Both the position numbers and the translations under genes were made by a program. The notes beneath the pieces are model-generated. The model searched no databases. It saw nothing but the letters and a program-made list of their open reading frames with translations, and was not told where the DNA came from. Shown here in pieces: positions 25,540 through 34,680 of a stretch of DNA of 64,000 bases. The stretch comes from Candidatus Doudnabacteria bacterium (lineage in GTDB: Bacteria > Patescibacteriota > Doudnabacteria > UBA920 > 2-01-FULL-46-14). The first letter of the stretch is position 1; each line of letters begins with the position of its first letter. Location of the stretch: contig JBGQGB010000001.1 in NCBI GenBank assembly GCA_041497195.1, positions 213,504 to 277,503 on the forward strand. Reading direction: 5' to 3'.

Positions 25540-27920
25540 AGAGTATATTGAAAAACTATCCTGTGTTTCCCTGGCGGTATTGGTATGGCTTGATTGAGAT
25601 AATTGGCCCGGTAAACGGTCACGGAAATACCGTCAATGGTTGCGCGCCACCCAGGATAAAAATTCTGACCAAACAACATAATCCGCGACGTCTGGGCGCT
25701 CACCATAAATTCAAAATCACTGTTCGAACTTTTAAGCTCCGTGATATTCCCTTCCCCTGCTTGGTTCGTCGGGCACGGCTGATCGCATTCAACTAGCACT
25801 GCATCTCTTGTAGCGGCTTCCAAATTCTTCTGCCAAGACTGAGCTTCAGATAAAAGATTGTCAAAAACCACGTTATTAGCCAAATAATACCGCGGCTTGA
25901 CTTGTAAATTTTGATAGAGATACAGAGGAATCTCATACTTTGTGGCACGCCAGGTAAACACCTCCTTCAAAGTCGGATCAGTCAGCGGATAGGCACTGAC
26001 GACATATTTGACGTTATATTCCGACAGCAGGGGCAATCTCTCAAGAAACAACTTTATTTTATCGTCCAGAGAAAGCTTTTCGTCCACGAGAATGCCAGAA
26101 GTTTCCAGGGAGCGGTCGCTGCCTAAATAGGCTAGGAGCCGACTGTGGCGGCGATCCATGATGTTATCATAATAATCCAACGAATCCACCCCGTAATAAG
26201 GACCAAGATTGGGAACCAGCAGATTTTTTAATAATTCTACGTTCTGAACCGAATCATAACCGTACGGGGTATCAAGCTTGTCAAAAACGGTAAAACCGGA
26301 AAACAAAGTCAGTACTCGAAAATTGCTCTGGTCTCTTTTCAAATATTCTACCAGCGGAGGTGGAGTATTGAGCTGCTGTGCGCTGACAAAATTGAAACTG
26401 GCAAAATCAATTAAAACCAAATTCAAAAAAGTCAAACTAACAACGTAAAAAATAAAGCGGCGCTCTCCTAGACTCCGCCTAAAATAAAACAGTGTCGAGC
26501 CGAGTGCCAGCGAAATAACTGCTGCCGAAATCGGTATGTTCGGAAAAGTCGTCCCTGTTTTGATCTTCCCGACTAACTGCTCCACTACTTGATAATAGTG
26601 CTCTGTTGGTAAAGTCAGGCTGCCGCTCATGGCTCGATTTTGGATATAATGTGCGGCTTTGCTACTAGCTAGAAAACTAATTGTAGGAAAAATTATGGAC
26701 CAGGAGGCAAATATTCCGGCGATTGATAAAGTAATTACCATTAAAAACTTTGAAAGTTTCAAACCTAATGCGGGCTGTCGTAATAGAGTCTCAAACCCGT
26801 ATGCAGAAACGACGGTGGCAGCAAAAATTCCCACGTAAACTAGTCTTGATAAACCTCGAAAGGATTGAAACAAAGGTAAATGATGTATCACCCACATGAG
26901 GGGTGAATATTTTACCGACGCTGCTATCGATAAAACAGCAAGCCAGGCAAAAAATTTGTAAAATGCGCCTTTCGCTCCAAAAAAAGAAAAAATGACTAGG
27001 AGCGACGGCACGGCGCCCAGATAAAACAAGCCGGGCTGGGTGATGCCGACGGGCAGAGATAGATTGGGAAAAATCAAAGACAGTAAATCGCCTGGCAAAA
27101 CAGCGCCCAATTGTGCGTCTGCAAAACTCACCCCGCCTGCCCGCGAAGACAGCTGACTAGCTAGCAACGACGCGTGAAACTGCGGCCAAAATAAAACGGC
27201 CGCGATAGCCAAAGTAAACCCGGCAAATACAAGGGTTTGAAATTTAAAGAGGACGACGGTTCCCAGGTGTTTATTGTGGAAGTCCAAAAACAGCGCCCAA
27301 ACCCCTGCTGCAAAAAGGGCCTGCAGAGACCATTGAAAATGAGCGGCCAGCATGACTGTCCCGATGAGTCCTCCGGCAAATATAGCCATCAAGATAGATT
27401 TTTTGTAAGACTGGCTCGTGGAAAAATATAAAAAGAAAAAAAACAAAGCAGGCAACAATATGTCTCCCGAAGTCACCGTCATATTTGCGGACCAAACAAA
27501 GTACGCTGCCGTCCAGGGTAAAACGAGTCCGGCAAAAACGGCCACGACTTTTCTCAACCCAAGCCGCGATACCAATTCGAAAGTAAAAATCGAGATCAGC
27601 CAGACATTCACAAAAGTGACCCAAGAAAAAACGGCTAGCACTGAAAAATTTTTATAAAGCAACTGGTTGAGCCATGACAGCAACCCCCCCATCAACCCGG
27701 CGACGGGAACAAAACCAGTGAGAACATGCGGATTCCAAAAAATCGACTTTCCCGCCAGCAATGATTCACGCAAAAACTGTAAACTTGTATATTGCTGCAA
27801 AATGACGTCGCCGTCGGCAAAAATTTGTTTGGCAAACAAAATCGGAAAAAAAATAACAAGCCCGGGCAGGGCGAGTATTGAATAAATGGTTAATTTGCGA
27901 AATATAGTCCTAAAATTCAT
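25536..27920 (-). CDS. YfhO-family GT-C membrane glycosyltransferase
   Basis: WNPH...G.P, LYLG, FR..SR, NVKYVV and YPGWRATIDG.....YRAN...QAI..P.G.H motifs. Confidence 0.85.
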   Translation of the reverse strand: MNFRTIFRKLTIYSILALPGLVIFFPILFAKQIFADGDVILQQYTSLQFLRESLLAGKSIFWNPHVLTGFVPVAGLMGGLLSWLNQLLYKNFSVLAVFSWVTFVNVWLISIFTFELVSRLGLRKVVAVFAGLVLPWTAAYFVWSANMTVTSGDILLPALFFFFLYFSTSQSYKKSILMAIFAGGLIGTVMLAAHFQWSLQALFAAGVWALFLDFHNKHLGTVVLFKFQTLVFAGFTLAIAAVLFWPQFHASLLASQLSSRAGGVSFADAQLGAVLPGDLLSLIFPNLSLPVGITQPGLFYLGAVPSLLVIFSFFGAKGAFYKFFAWLAVLSIAASVKYSPLMWVIHHLPLFQSFRGLSRLVYVGIFAATVVSAYGFETLLRQPALGLKLSKFLMVITLSIAGIFASWSIIFPTISFLASSKAAHYIQNRAMSGSLTLPTEHYYQVVEQLVGKIKTGTTFPNIPISAAVISLALGSTLFYFRRSLGERRFIFYVVSLTFLNLVLIDFASFNFVSAQQLNTPPPLVEYLKRDQSNFRVLTLFSGFTVFDKLDTPYGYDSVQNVELLKNLLVPNLGPYYGVDSLDYYDNIMDRRHSRLLAYLGSDRSLETSGILVDEKLSLDDKIKLFLERLPLLSEYNVKYVVSAYPLTDPTLKEVFTWRATKYEIPLYLYQNLQVKPRYYLANNVVFDNLLSEAQSWQKNLEAATRDAVLVECDQPCPTNQAGEGNITELKSSNSDFEFMVSAQTSRIMLFGQNFYPGWRATIDGISVTVYRANYLNQAIPIPPGKHRIVFQYTL

Positions 27921-27922
27921 AC

Positions 27923-28666
27923 TCAGCGAACTTTGCGTCCGATAATTATGACCGATGACCCGATCGGAAAACTTAAAAATCTCAAGAGCCGAGATTCAAT
28001 TTTAGAAAAAAACACGAACATTTTGTTGAGTACCTCCGGTAATTCCACGTAGCTGAATTGGGGATGAAATCGTTTTTCTTGAAAATGCCCGACCGCTCGA
28101 TAAAAAAATACGAGAGGAAATACGAAAAAGAAAATGTAACTTGATTTGACGGTCACAAACCCAGCTTCCGCCAATTTGGCTTCCAAGTCTTTTCTTCGAT
28201 AACGCCTCACATGATGCACCGCGTCGTCGAGCTCACTCCACAAAAACTTGAACGCCGGCACGCTTAGCAAAACATATCCACTCAGTTTCAGAATTCGATT
28301 AATCTCCTGCAGCGCCTTCTTGTCGTCTTCAAAATGCTCCAAGACATCAAACATGGTTACCAGATCGGCTGATTTGTCAGGCAAGCCAGTTTCGTAAAAT
28401 CCCTTCATCAGAGCGACAGTGTCCAAACCCTTGCTGCGACAAAAATCCAAGGCGCGGGGTTCTATATCTAAACCGAGGACTTTTCCGTGTTTTCGCAACA
28501 TTACAAAATTTCCCCCCGTCCCGCAACCAATATCTACGATTTTGCTACTCTGCGCCGGCTGATGAAAAAAACGCTCCAACAGCTTATCAAAAATATAACG
28601 ACGCCCCAGATACCACCAATACCGATTTTCAAGCTCATCAGTCTTATCGTAGGCCTCTTGCCGCAT
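27923..28666 (-). CDS. Class I SAM-dependent methyltransferase
   Basis: WWY.GRR, VDIGCGTG, FDVLEH and VPA...LWS..D...HH.RRY motifs; start at ATG 28666. Confidence 0.9.
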   Translation of the reverse strand: MRQEAYDKTDELENRYWWYLGRRYIFDKLLERFFHQPAQSSKIVDIGCGTGGNFVMLRKHGKVLGLDIEPRALDFCRSKGLDTVALMKGFYETGLPDKSADLVTMFDVLEHFEDDKKALQEINRILKLSGYVLLSVPAFKFLWSELDDAVHHVRRYRRKDLEAKLAEAGFVTVKSSYIFFFVFPLVFFYRAVGHFQEKRFHPQFSYVELPEVLNKMFVFFSKIESRLLRFLSFPIGSSVIIIGRKVR

Positions 28667-29919
28667 TACAAAATCCTTTCTGACCCGATGGGGACGATGA
28701 ATTTGCCTCCGTTCTGGCGAAAGTTTTGTTCTTTTTCCAGCACAACGTTTTTGTAATTCCAAGCCAACAGAAAAGCATAATCCGTGTGATCTTTCCGAAA
28801 TTCGGACACATGGACTACGGGAACGTGCGTTCCCGGGGTATAGAGACCGATTTTCGAAGGAAGCTCCTCAGTAGAATAATCAAGAATATCTATCCCGATA
28901 CCGAAATAATTCAAGAGGGTGTTCCCTTTTGCCGGCGCGCCATAACCAACTATTTTTTTCCCCTGTTTTTTAAGGTCCCGTAACAGACTCACAACTTCAG
29001 CTTTTAATTCTGCAATACGGCGAGCTAGGTCTGTGTATGAGTCCAACTGGTTCAGTTTTAATTTCAGCTCTTTCGCGACTAGATTTTGCACCGAGGGCAT
29101 TATTGGTCTGGCTCCGTGTTTGCAAGCAAAAACTCGAATGGAATTGCCCTGTATTGGGTGAATCTCCACGTCAAAAATGTCCATATCATGTTGAGCAAAA
29201 AGTCGCAATAAGGGACGGGCTGCCAAATACGACAAATGTTCGTGATAAATCGTATCGAACGAAAGGTTTTCAAACATGTCCAAAAGATACGGCGCCTCGA
29301 ACACAAACACCCCGTCATCCGTCAACAATTCCCTGACGCCCTTCGCCAGATCGTGATGATTGTTGATATGCGCGACCACATTGTTGCCAACAATCACTTT
29401 TGCCCGACCCTGCTTGGTGGCGATGTGTTTGGCAATTTTTTCGGAAAAAAAATCAGGCAAGGTCGGAATCCCCCGCTTGTTGGCGCTTTCGGCGATATTC
29501 TTCGCTGGATCAATCCCCAGAATCCGGCATCCTGATTCTTTCACCACCGCCAGGAAATGACCGTCATTACTGCCAATTTCAACGGCCAAGTCATCTTTTG
29601 ACCCAATAAATTTCTGTACTATCGACTCCGCATAATCGCGAAAATGTTTCGAGGCTGGCATTCCTGAAGAAAAGTATAAATAATCACGAAACATGATCTT
29701 TGGATCGACTACGTCCCGGAGTTGCACTAGTCCGCAATCGTTGCAAAATACCACCCTCAGTGGATAAACAGGCTCTGGGGTACTGAGCTGGTCGGCGCGC
29801 AAAAAGGAATTTGCCAGAGGCTGCTCTCCCAGATCTAAAAATTGGACTAAAGAAGCATTGCCGCAAATGCGACAGCTAGATATTTGCCTAACTCCAGCGG
29901 CCATTCGATTGTCTTTCAT
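28666..29919 (-). CDS. NDP-hexose C3-methyltransferase family (TylC3/EryBIII/NovU-like)
   Basis: CRIC...CNDC Zn site, LG.QPLAN, EIGSNDG, FDTIYHEH, GYGAPAKGNT and LAWNY motifs. Confidence 0.92.
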   Translation of the reverse strand: MKDNRMAAGVRQISSCRICGNASLVQFLDLGEQPLANSFLRADQLSTPEPVYPLRVVFCNDCGLVQLRDVVDPKIMFRDYLYFSSGMPASKHFRDYAESIVQKFIGSKDDLAVEIGSNDGHFLAVVKESGCRILGIDPAKNIAESANKRGIPTLPDFFSEKIAKHIATKQGRAKVIVGNNVVAHINNHHDLAKGVRELLTDDGVFVFEAPYLLDMFENLSFDTIYHEHLSYLAARPLLRLFAQHDMDIFDVEIHPIQGNSIRVFACKHGARPIMPSVQNLVAKELKLKLNQLDSYTDLARRIAELKAEVVSLLRDLKKQGKKIVGYGAPAKGNTLLNYFGIGIDILDYSTEELPSKIGLYTPGTHVPVVHVSEFRKDHTDYAFLLAWNYKNVVLEKEQNFRQNGGKFIVPIGSERIL

Positions 29920-30952
29920 AGTGATCCAAAAAACCAGGTTTCAGGCGGATATTCTTCCACCAAGACTCATTCGCAACATACCAATTTACAACCTCCTCGA
30001 TGGCATTTTGAAAACTATGAATGCGCGACCAACCCAACTCTTTCTGAAGCTTGGAGGAATCGGGAGCATAGCGATTATCAGCTCCCGGCCGATCATTCAC
30101 GTGATGCCTATGCTCTTCCGGATTTTTTTGCAAATGTTTGGCCAGCGCAGCAATAACGGCCAAATTGGATAACTCTTCGCCGGCGACATTATAAACTGAA
30201 TGATTGGAAGCTTGCTGAATGATCAGATCAATGGCTCGACAAAAATCCTGCACATGCAACCAGCTGCGGATATGGCGGCCATCGCCGTGAATGGGAACTT
30301 TTTTGCCTTCGAGCATGTTCGTGACGGCTAGTGGAATCAGCTTTTCCGGATACTGATACGGGCCGTAATTATTGGAGCCGCGAACGATGATGGCGGGCAG
30401 ATTATGAGTCCGCATATAAGCTTGAACCATCAGGTCAGCCCCGGCTTTCGAAGCAGAATAGGGATTGGAAGGCCTAAGCGGCGCTTCCTCAGACGCGTAG
30501 CCTTCGCTCATCGAGCCGTAAACCTCGTCGGTGGAAACATGGATAAACCGCGGAACGCCGTATTTTCTCGCCGCCTCGATCAAGCAACGGGTACCGTCGA
30601 TATTGGTGCGAATAAAATGGATCACGTTGAAGATCGCCCGGTCGACGTGTGACTCGGCGGCAAAATGCACGATCAGATCAAATTTATGTTCGGAAAAAAT
30701 TTGGTCCAAAAGAGACTCGTTGCAGATATCGCCTTGAATAAATTCATACCTGCCGTCTTTCGGCTCCAGCTGAGCCTCCCGAAATTCGATGTCCTTGAGA
30801 TTGTCGGGATTTCCGGCATAGGTCAACAAATCGAGGTTGGTGATTCGCGCATGCGGATAAGTATGATAGAAATAACGAATAAAATTCGAGCCGATAAAGC
30901 CCGAACCACCAGTAATCAAAACTTTATGAAACCGCTGACTGGCACCGTTCAT
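29888..30952 (-). CDS. rmlB: dTDP-glucose 4,6-dehydratase
   Basis: TGGSGFIGSNF, LTYAGN, HFAAESHVD, STDEVYG, PYSASKA and NNYGPYQYPEKLIP motifs. Confidence 0.95.
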   Translation of the reverse strand: MNGASQRFHKVLITGGSGFIGSNFIRYFYHTYPHARITNLDLLTYAGNPDNLKDIEFREAQLEPKDGRYEFIQGDICNESLLDQIFSEHKFDLIVHFAAESHVDRAIFNVIHFIRTNIDGTRCLIEAARKYGVPRFIHVSTDEVYGSMSEGYASEEAPLRPSNPYSASKAGADLMVQAYMRTHNLPAIIVRGSNNYGPYQYPEKLIPLAVTNMLEGKKVPIHGDGRHIRSWLHVQDFCRAIDLIIQQASNHSVYNVAGEELSNLAVIAALAKHLQKNPEEHRHHVNDRPGADNRYAPDSSKLQKELGWSRIHSFQNAIEEVVNWYVANESWWKNIRLKPGFLDHYERQSNGRWS

Positions 30953-31683
30953 TTCTGAGAATACAATCCCTTCTTATTTCTGATTAAAATTTTGAACATC
31001 CCGATGATGGAACGCCATGATTCCCAAAGCGGCCTGACTTGCGAACCGCGATAATCCGTCCAATTGACAGGTAGTTCTTGAAACTTCCAGCCGCGTTTCT
31101 CCCCCGCATAGACTATTTCCGCCTCGGCCAAAAAACTATTGTCGAACTGGTGGTTAAAAATATCCAAAGCCGCCTCACGCCGAAACATTTTGAAACCATT
31201 TACCCGATCGATCATCCGCCAGCCGAACATAATATGAGCCAAAAGCACGAAACCCCAGCCGAGCGCGATGCGGTGAAGGGGCTGGGGCGAGAGCACGCGC
31301 GCCCCTTTGATGTTGCGGCTGCCAATCAATACTTGTACTTCGGGGTGCGATGCGAAATATTTCAAAAAATCAATTATCGCCTCTTCCCCCACACTGCCAT
31401 CCGCGTCGGTTTCCAAAACAAACTTGCCGTTGCTGGCAAAAACCGCATCGCGCACGACGGCACCGCGACCGCGGTTTTTCGGGAAAGACAGAAGCCGCAG
31501 CTTGGGATACATTTCCGCATATTGTTTCACTGCGGCAACCGTCCCATCCGTACTGCCGTCATCCGCCACAATGACCTCATAATCACCGTGGTAGTGCACG
31601 TAAAAATAATCGAAAAGGCGCTTCAGGGTCCCAGGCAAGCGCTCTTGCTCGTTGTAAGCCGGAATGATTACTGACAGTTCCAC
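30949..31683 (-). CDS. GT2 polyprenol-phosphate glycosyltransferase (DPG-synthase-like)
   Basis: SVIIPAYNE, DDGSTD, NRGRG, DADGS and GFKMF motifs. Confidence 0.9.
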   Translation of the reverse strand: MELSVIIPAYNEQERLPGTLKRLFDYFYVHYHGDYEVIVADDGSTDGTVAAVKQYAEMYPKLRLLSFPKNRGRGAVVRDAVFASNGKFVLETDADGSVGEEAIIDFLKYFASHPEVQVLIGSRNIKGARVLSPQPLHRIALGWGFVLLAHIMFGWRMIDRVNGFKMFRREAALDIFNHQFDNSFLAEAEIVYAGEKRGWKFQELPVNWTDYRGSQVRPLWESWRSIIGMFKILIRNKKGLYSQK

Positions 31684-31752
31684 GTGATTAAATACACAGT
31701 TAAAAAGTCCACTTCAGTATAACAAAAAAATGCCCTTATTTCAAGCATTTTC

Positions 31753-32640
31753 TTAGCCGAGGCGTCTGTAAATTTTCTCCAAATTTCTGGTCACCCGGAG
31801 GCCATGTGCGATCCCGGTAATCGGTGTCTCGCCAGTTTGCACAGATCTGATAAAATGTTCAAGCTCGCTACGCAGGGGTTCGGTATCCAGCACTGTCGGC
31901 AGCGCAACAACGCTGCCTTTTACCGCCATTTGCAACTGGGTTTGACCCTCGATTTCGGTAAATGTCGCGACTCCGTTCTCGGCTGCAAATGTCATGCGGC
32001 GGGTCTTTTGCGGCGCAACGCTCGAAACCGCAAACGCCAACTGCACTCTCCCCTCAAACTCGACCATGGTCTGCGCGAAATCATCAAACTTCTCCTGCGT
32101 GATTTTCAAAATACTTCCCTGGGCCGTCGCCACCTCTGGACCGTCGCAAAGCCAATCAATGATGGATAGAGCATGCGGAGCTGCGTCCCAAAACGCGCCC
32201 ACGTCTTCCCGCACCGGGCCGGGGTAGAAATGTTCATATGAAATAAACCGAACTCGACCGAGCCGGCCACTGGTTATTTCATTTTTCAGCAGCTGAAGAT
32301 GCGCGTTGTAAACATACTGGTGTCCGACCATCATGACGACAGGACTCTTGTCGAGTAAATTTTTGATCACTTCCGCCTGCGCCACACTCAGAACCATGGG
32401 TTTTTCCACCAGCACATGCTTGCCGGCTTCGATGCCTCGACGCAAATAATCAAAATGCGTCGCGGCCGGAGTGGCAATCACAACGCAGTCAATTTCTCGG
32501 TCCCGTAAAACCGCATCTGGATCGCCGGACGACCGACTGACTACGGTTTTGAGCACCGCGCCCGGAAGACTCTGCAATATCCTCACGTAATGCTGCCCGA
32601 AGCGACCAGTACCGATCACAGCAAATCTCAGTGCAGCCAT
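31753..32640 (-). CDS. Gfo/Idh/MocA family oxidoreductase (possible NDP-sugar ketoreductase)
   Basis: IGTGRFG, ATP...H, HVLVEKP and D..PH motifs; start at ATG 32640. Confidence 0.88.
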   Translation of the reverse strand: MAALRFAVIGTGRFGQHYVRILQSLPGAVLKTVVSRSSGDPDAVLRDREIDCVVIATPAATHFDYLRRGIEAGKHVLVEKPMVLSVAQAEVIKNLLDKSPVVMMVGHQYVYNAHLQLLKNEITSGRLGRVRFISYEHFYPGPVREDVGAFWDAAPHALSIIDWLCDGPEVATAQGSILKITQEKFDDFAQTMVEFEGRVQLAFAVSSVAPQKTRRMTFAAENGVATFTEIEGQTQLQMAVKGSVVALPTVLDTEPLRSELEHFIRSVQTGETPITGIAHGLRVTRNLEKIYRRLG

Positions 32641-32645
32641 GTTCT

Positions 32646-33023
32646 TTAGATTAATTTGACCCGAATCGTATCGTCTTCGTAATGTGCCTGATTGCGCGGC
32701 TGGGTCGAGAAAGTCCAAAATACGGTGTCTTCAAGAAATTTGACAGCGTGGATCGTCAGCGGCGGCGTGCAAACCATGTCACCGGCATTCAAAATTTCTT
32801 TTTCAATTTCTCCTCCAGACGCCGGTTTTTCGTACCATTCGGCTTTACCGGAGACGATATAGCACCAGTGCTGATCTTTTTTGTGATAATGATTGGAGCG
32901 GACTGAGCCAGTTTTGGATGTGATATAAAGGATGCTGTGAATCGGCTCCTCCGTATCCAAAACCCGCATGATGACTCCCCGCTCCTCGATGATTTCCGGC
33001 TTGATGTTTCTGGTAATATTCAT
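32646..33023 (-). CDS. Cupin-domain protein (possible NDP-sugar isomerase/epimerase)
   Basis: ERG, RSNHYHK, G.MV.TPP..IH motifs. Confidence 0.8.
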   Translation of the reverse strand: MNITRNIKPEIIEERGVIMRVLDTEEPIHSILYITSKTGSVRSNHYHKKDQHWCYIVSGKAEWYEKPASGGEIEKEILNAGDMVCTPPLTIHAVKFLEDTVFWTFSTQPRNQAHYEDDTIRVKLI

Positions 33024-33101
33024 GGATTGTGCAAAAATTTTAAACGCGAATGCTCATTCAGCATAACAAAAAAAAAGTCTTCCCGCAACTATTTATTACG
33101 G

Positions 33102-33130
33102 TTGACACTCCTGGTTTTTTCAAATACACT
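33102..33130 (+). promoter_or_regulatory. sigma70-type promoter
   Basis: TTGACA-17 nt-TACACT; AAGGAG SD at 33149-33154. Confidence 0.7.
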
Positions 33131-33159
33131 GAGATATTGTAAAACGAGAAGGAGAAACT

Positions 33160-33810
33160 ATGAACCCTCATGGGTGGAACTCACTAAACTTGTTTCGCGC
33201 TCAAACTTTGGCTCTGAGCGACGGGCCGCCAAAACCTGTGGATGCAATTTTTCTCCACACTCGAGCCAAGGGCGACGATGACCAACTTTTTGAAATTGCC
33301 GCTAAAGCGCTCCGAACTGGACTCGCTCGCTACGTGATTACTAACGGTTCTGACGGGCAGTCCCACCGGCGTGGGCCAGGCAGTGGTTGGGCCGGAAAAG
33401 ACGCATGGGTGAAAGCCCTGCGGAAGCTTGGTATTCGCGAAACAGCAATTTTGCTCTGCCAGCCCGCTCTCGACACGCGGGAAGAAAACACTCAATTTTT
33501 AGAAACGGCCGTAAGTCACGGATTCAAACGAGTCGCAATTCTGGCACAACCTCACCAGGTGCTCCGCGCCATGCTCGGACTGTTGAAAGAAATGGATTTG
33601 CAGAAGCATTACTTGCAAGTTTACGTGATGACGCCTCAGTCCTGCCCGTGGTGGCGCAAGGTCTACGGCTCCCAAGGGCTTCATTTGAAACCCCGGTTTG
33701 AGCATATAGAGGACGAAGCTTCTCGCATCGAAAAATATGCTACAAAAGGAGATCTAGCTACTCCCAGTGAATACTTCGCGTACCTGAAACACCGCGACCA
33801 GGTGAAATAA
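33160..33810 (+). CDS. YdcF/DUF218-like protein (stand-alone)
   Basis: DAIF, ITNG, LRKLGI...AI, DTREEN and PHQVLRA pattern of the DUF218 family. Confidence 0.65.
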   Translation: MNPHGWNSLNLFRAQTLALSDGPPKPVDAIFLHTRAKGDDDQLFEIAAKALRTGLARYVITNGSDGQSHRRGPGSGWAGKDAWVKALRKLGIRETAILLCQPALDTREENTQFLETAVSHGFKRVAILAQPHQVLRAMLGLLKEMDLQKHYLQVYVMTPQSCPWWRKVYGSQGLHLKPRFEHIEDEASRIEKYATKGDLATPSEYFAYLKHRDQVK

Positions 33811-33826
33811 AGTGAACCAGCCTGCA

Positions 33827-33866
33827 GAGCTGCTTAGGATCAAGTGGTCCTAAGCAGCTTTTTTTA
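33827..33866 (+). terminator. Rho-independent terminator
   Basis: GAGCTGCTTAGGAT...GTCCTAAGCAGCTT followed by a T run. Confidence 0.85.
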
Positions 33867-33887
33867 TTTCCTGCTACTTTTGAGGGG

Positions 33888-33916
33888 TTGACAGAACGCC
33901 AAAATCCTGCTAAAAT
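33888..33916 (+). promoter_or_regulatory. sigma70-type promoter
   Basis: TTGACA-17 nt-TAAAAT with TG; AGGAGG SD at 33963-33968. Confidence 0.75.
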
Positions 33917-33972
33917 CCATTTTCAAATAAAAATCAAGATCGCACTTTTTGCAACGCCCATTAGGAGGGAAC

Positions 33973-34557
33973 ATGAAAAAACTAAGGGGAAGTTTGCTAC
34001 AGGAGATTAAGGCTCATCGGCTCATTCGGCCTGGCCGGCTAAACTGGACCAACCTCGAAATTGCAATCGCCGTGTCTATTCTCAAAAAGTTCGCCACGTG
34101 TCGCCAAAATGGATGGATCGTTCCCTTCGCGGTATTTGAGGCTCACGCTGAAGGCACGAAACTGGTGAACTCTGATGTGGCAATTATTGACCCTCGCGGC
34201 CGGATCTACCTAATAGAACGCGGGGCCAAAGAGCTATGGGCTGGCCAACTGCATTTGCCGGGGTGCACGCATGCCTACGAAACCCTCAAACAGGCCACGC
34301 AACGGCTCCTCGACAACGAACTCAAACTCTTTAGGCTCAAGCTGGCTGATCTGTGTCACATCGGCGAGCCTCTCGAAATGCAGGATCTACCAAGAGGCCC
34401 GATCCAATCCAACCTGTTCATTGCACGTATCGAAAGGATTCCCCAAGGAATCAAGGGTCGCTTCTATGCAGCAAAAGAAATTCTGTGGAAGCGACTGGTG
34501 GTCTCCCACCGGAAGGTCTCTCTTCCGTGGTTAATAAACCACCACTACCTCAAATAG
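33973..34557 (+). CDS. Degenerate Nudix-fold protein (stand-alone)
   Basis: DVAII...IYLIER...W.G.LHLPG....YETL.QA..R....EL and PRG resemble 39472-39942; start at ATG 33973. Confidence 0.65.
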   Translation: MKKLRGSLLQEIKAHRLIRPGRLNWTNLEIAIAVSILKKFATCRQNGWIVPFAVFEAHAEGTKLVNSDVAIIDPRGRIYLIERGAKELWAGQLHLPGCTHAYETLKQATQRLLDNELKLFRLKLADLCHIGEPLEMQDLPRGPIQSNLFIARIERIPQGIKGRFYAAKEILWKRLVVSHRKVSLPWLINHHYLK

Positions 34558-34581
34558 GGTTTCCTCTATCCTCTATTTACC

Positions 34582-34619
34582 CGGCGACTGCTTCATTTCT
34601 GGCGGTCGTCGTTTTTTTT
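34582..34619 (+). terminator. Rho-independent terminator
   Basis: CGGCGACTGC...GCGGTCGTCG followed by T8. Confidence 0.7.
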
Positions 34620-34680
34620 GCGCCGATTTTTGCGAAACTGGGAATAAATAAATTCGTTCCGTTTTACAGTTCCGCAGTAT

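Noticed and set aside
30755-30790. Short hairpin coinciding with an extra FREAQLEPK segment in RmlB
   Set aside because: Only a 5-bp core stem plus a bulged extension; too weak to call a palindromic insertion without an alignment
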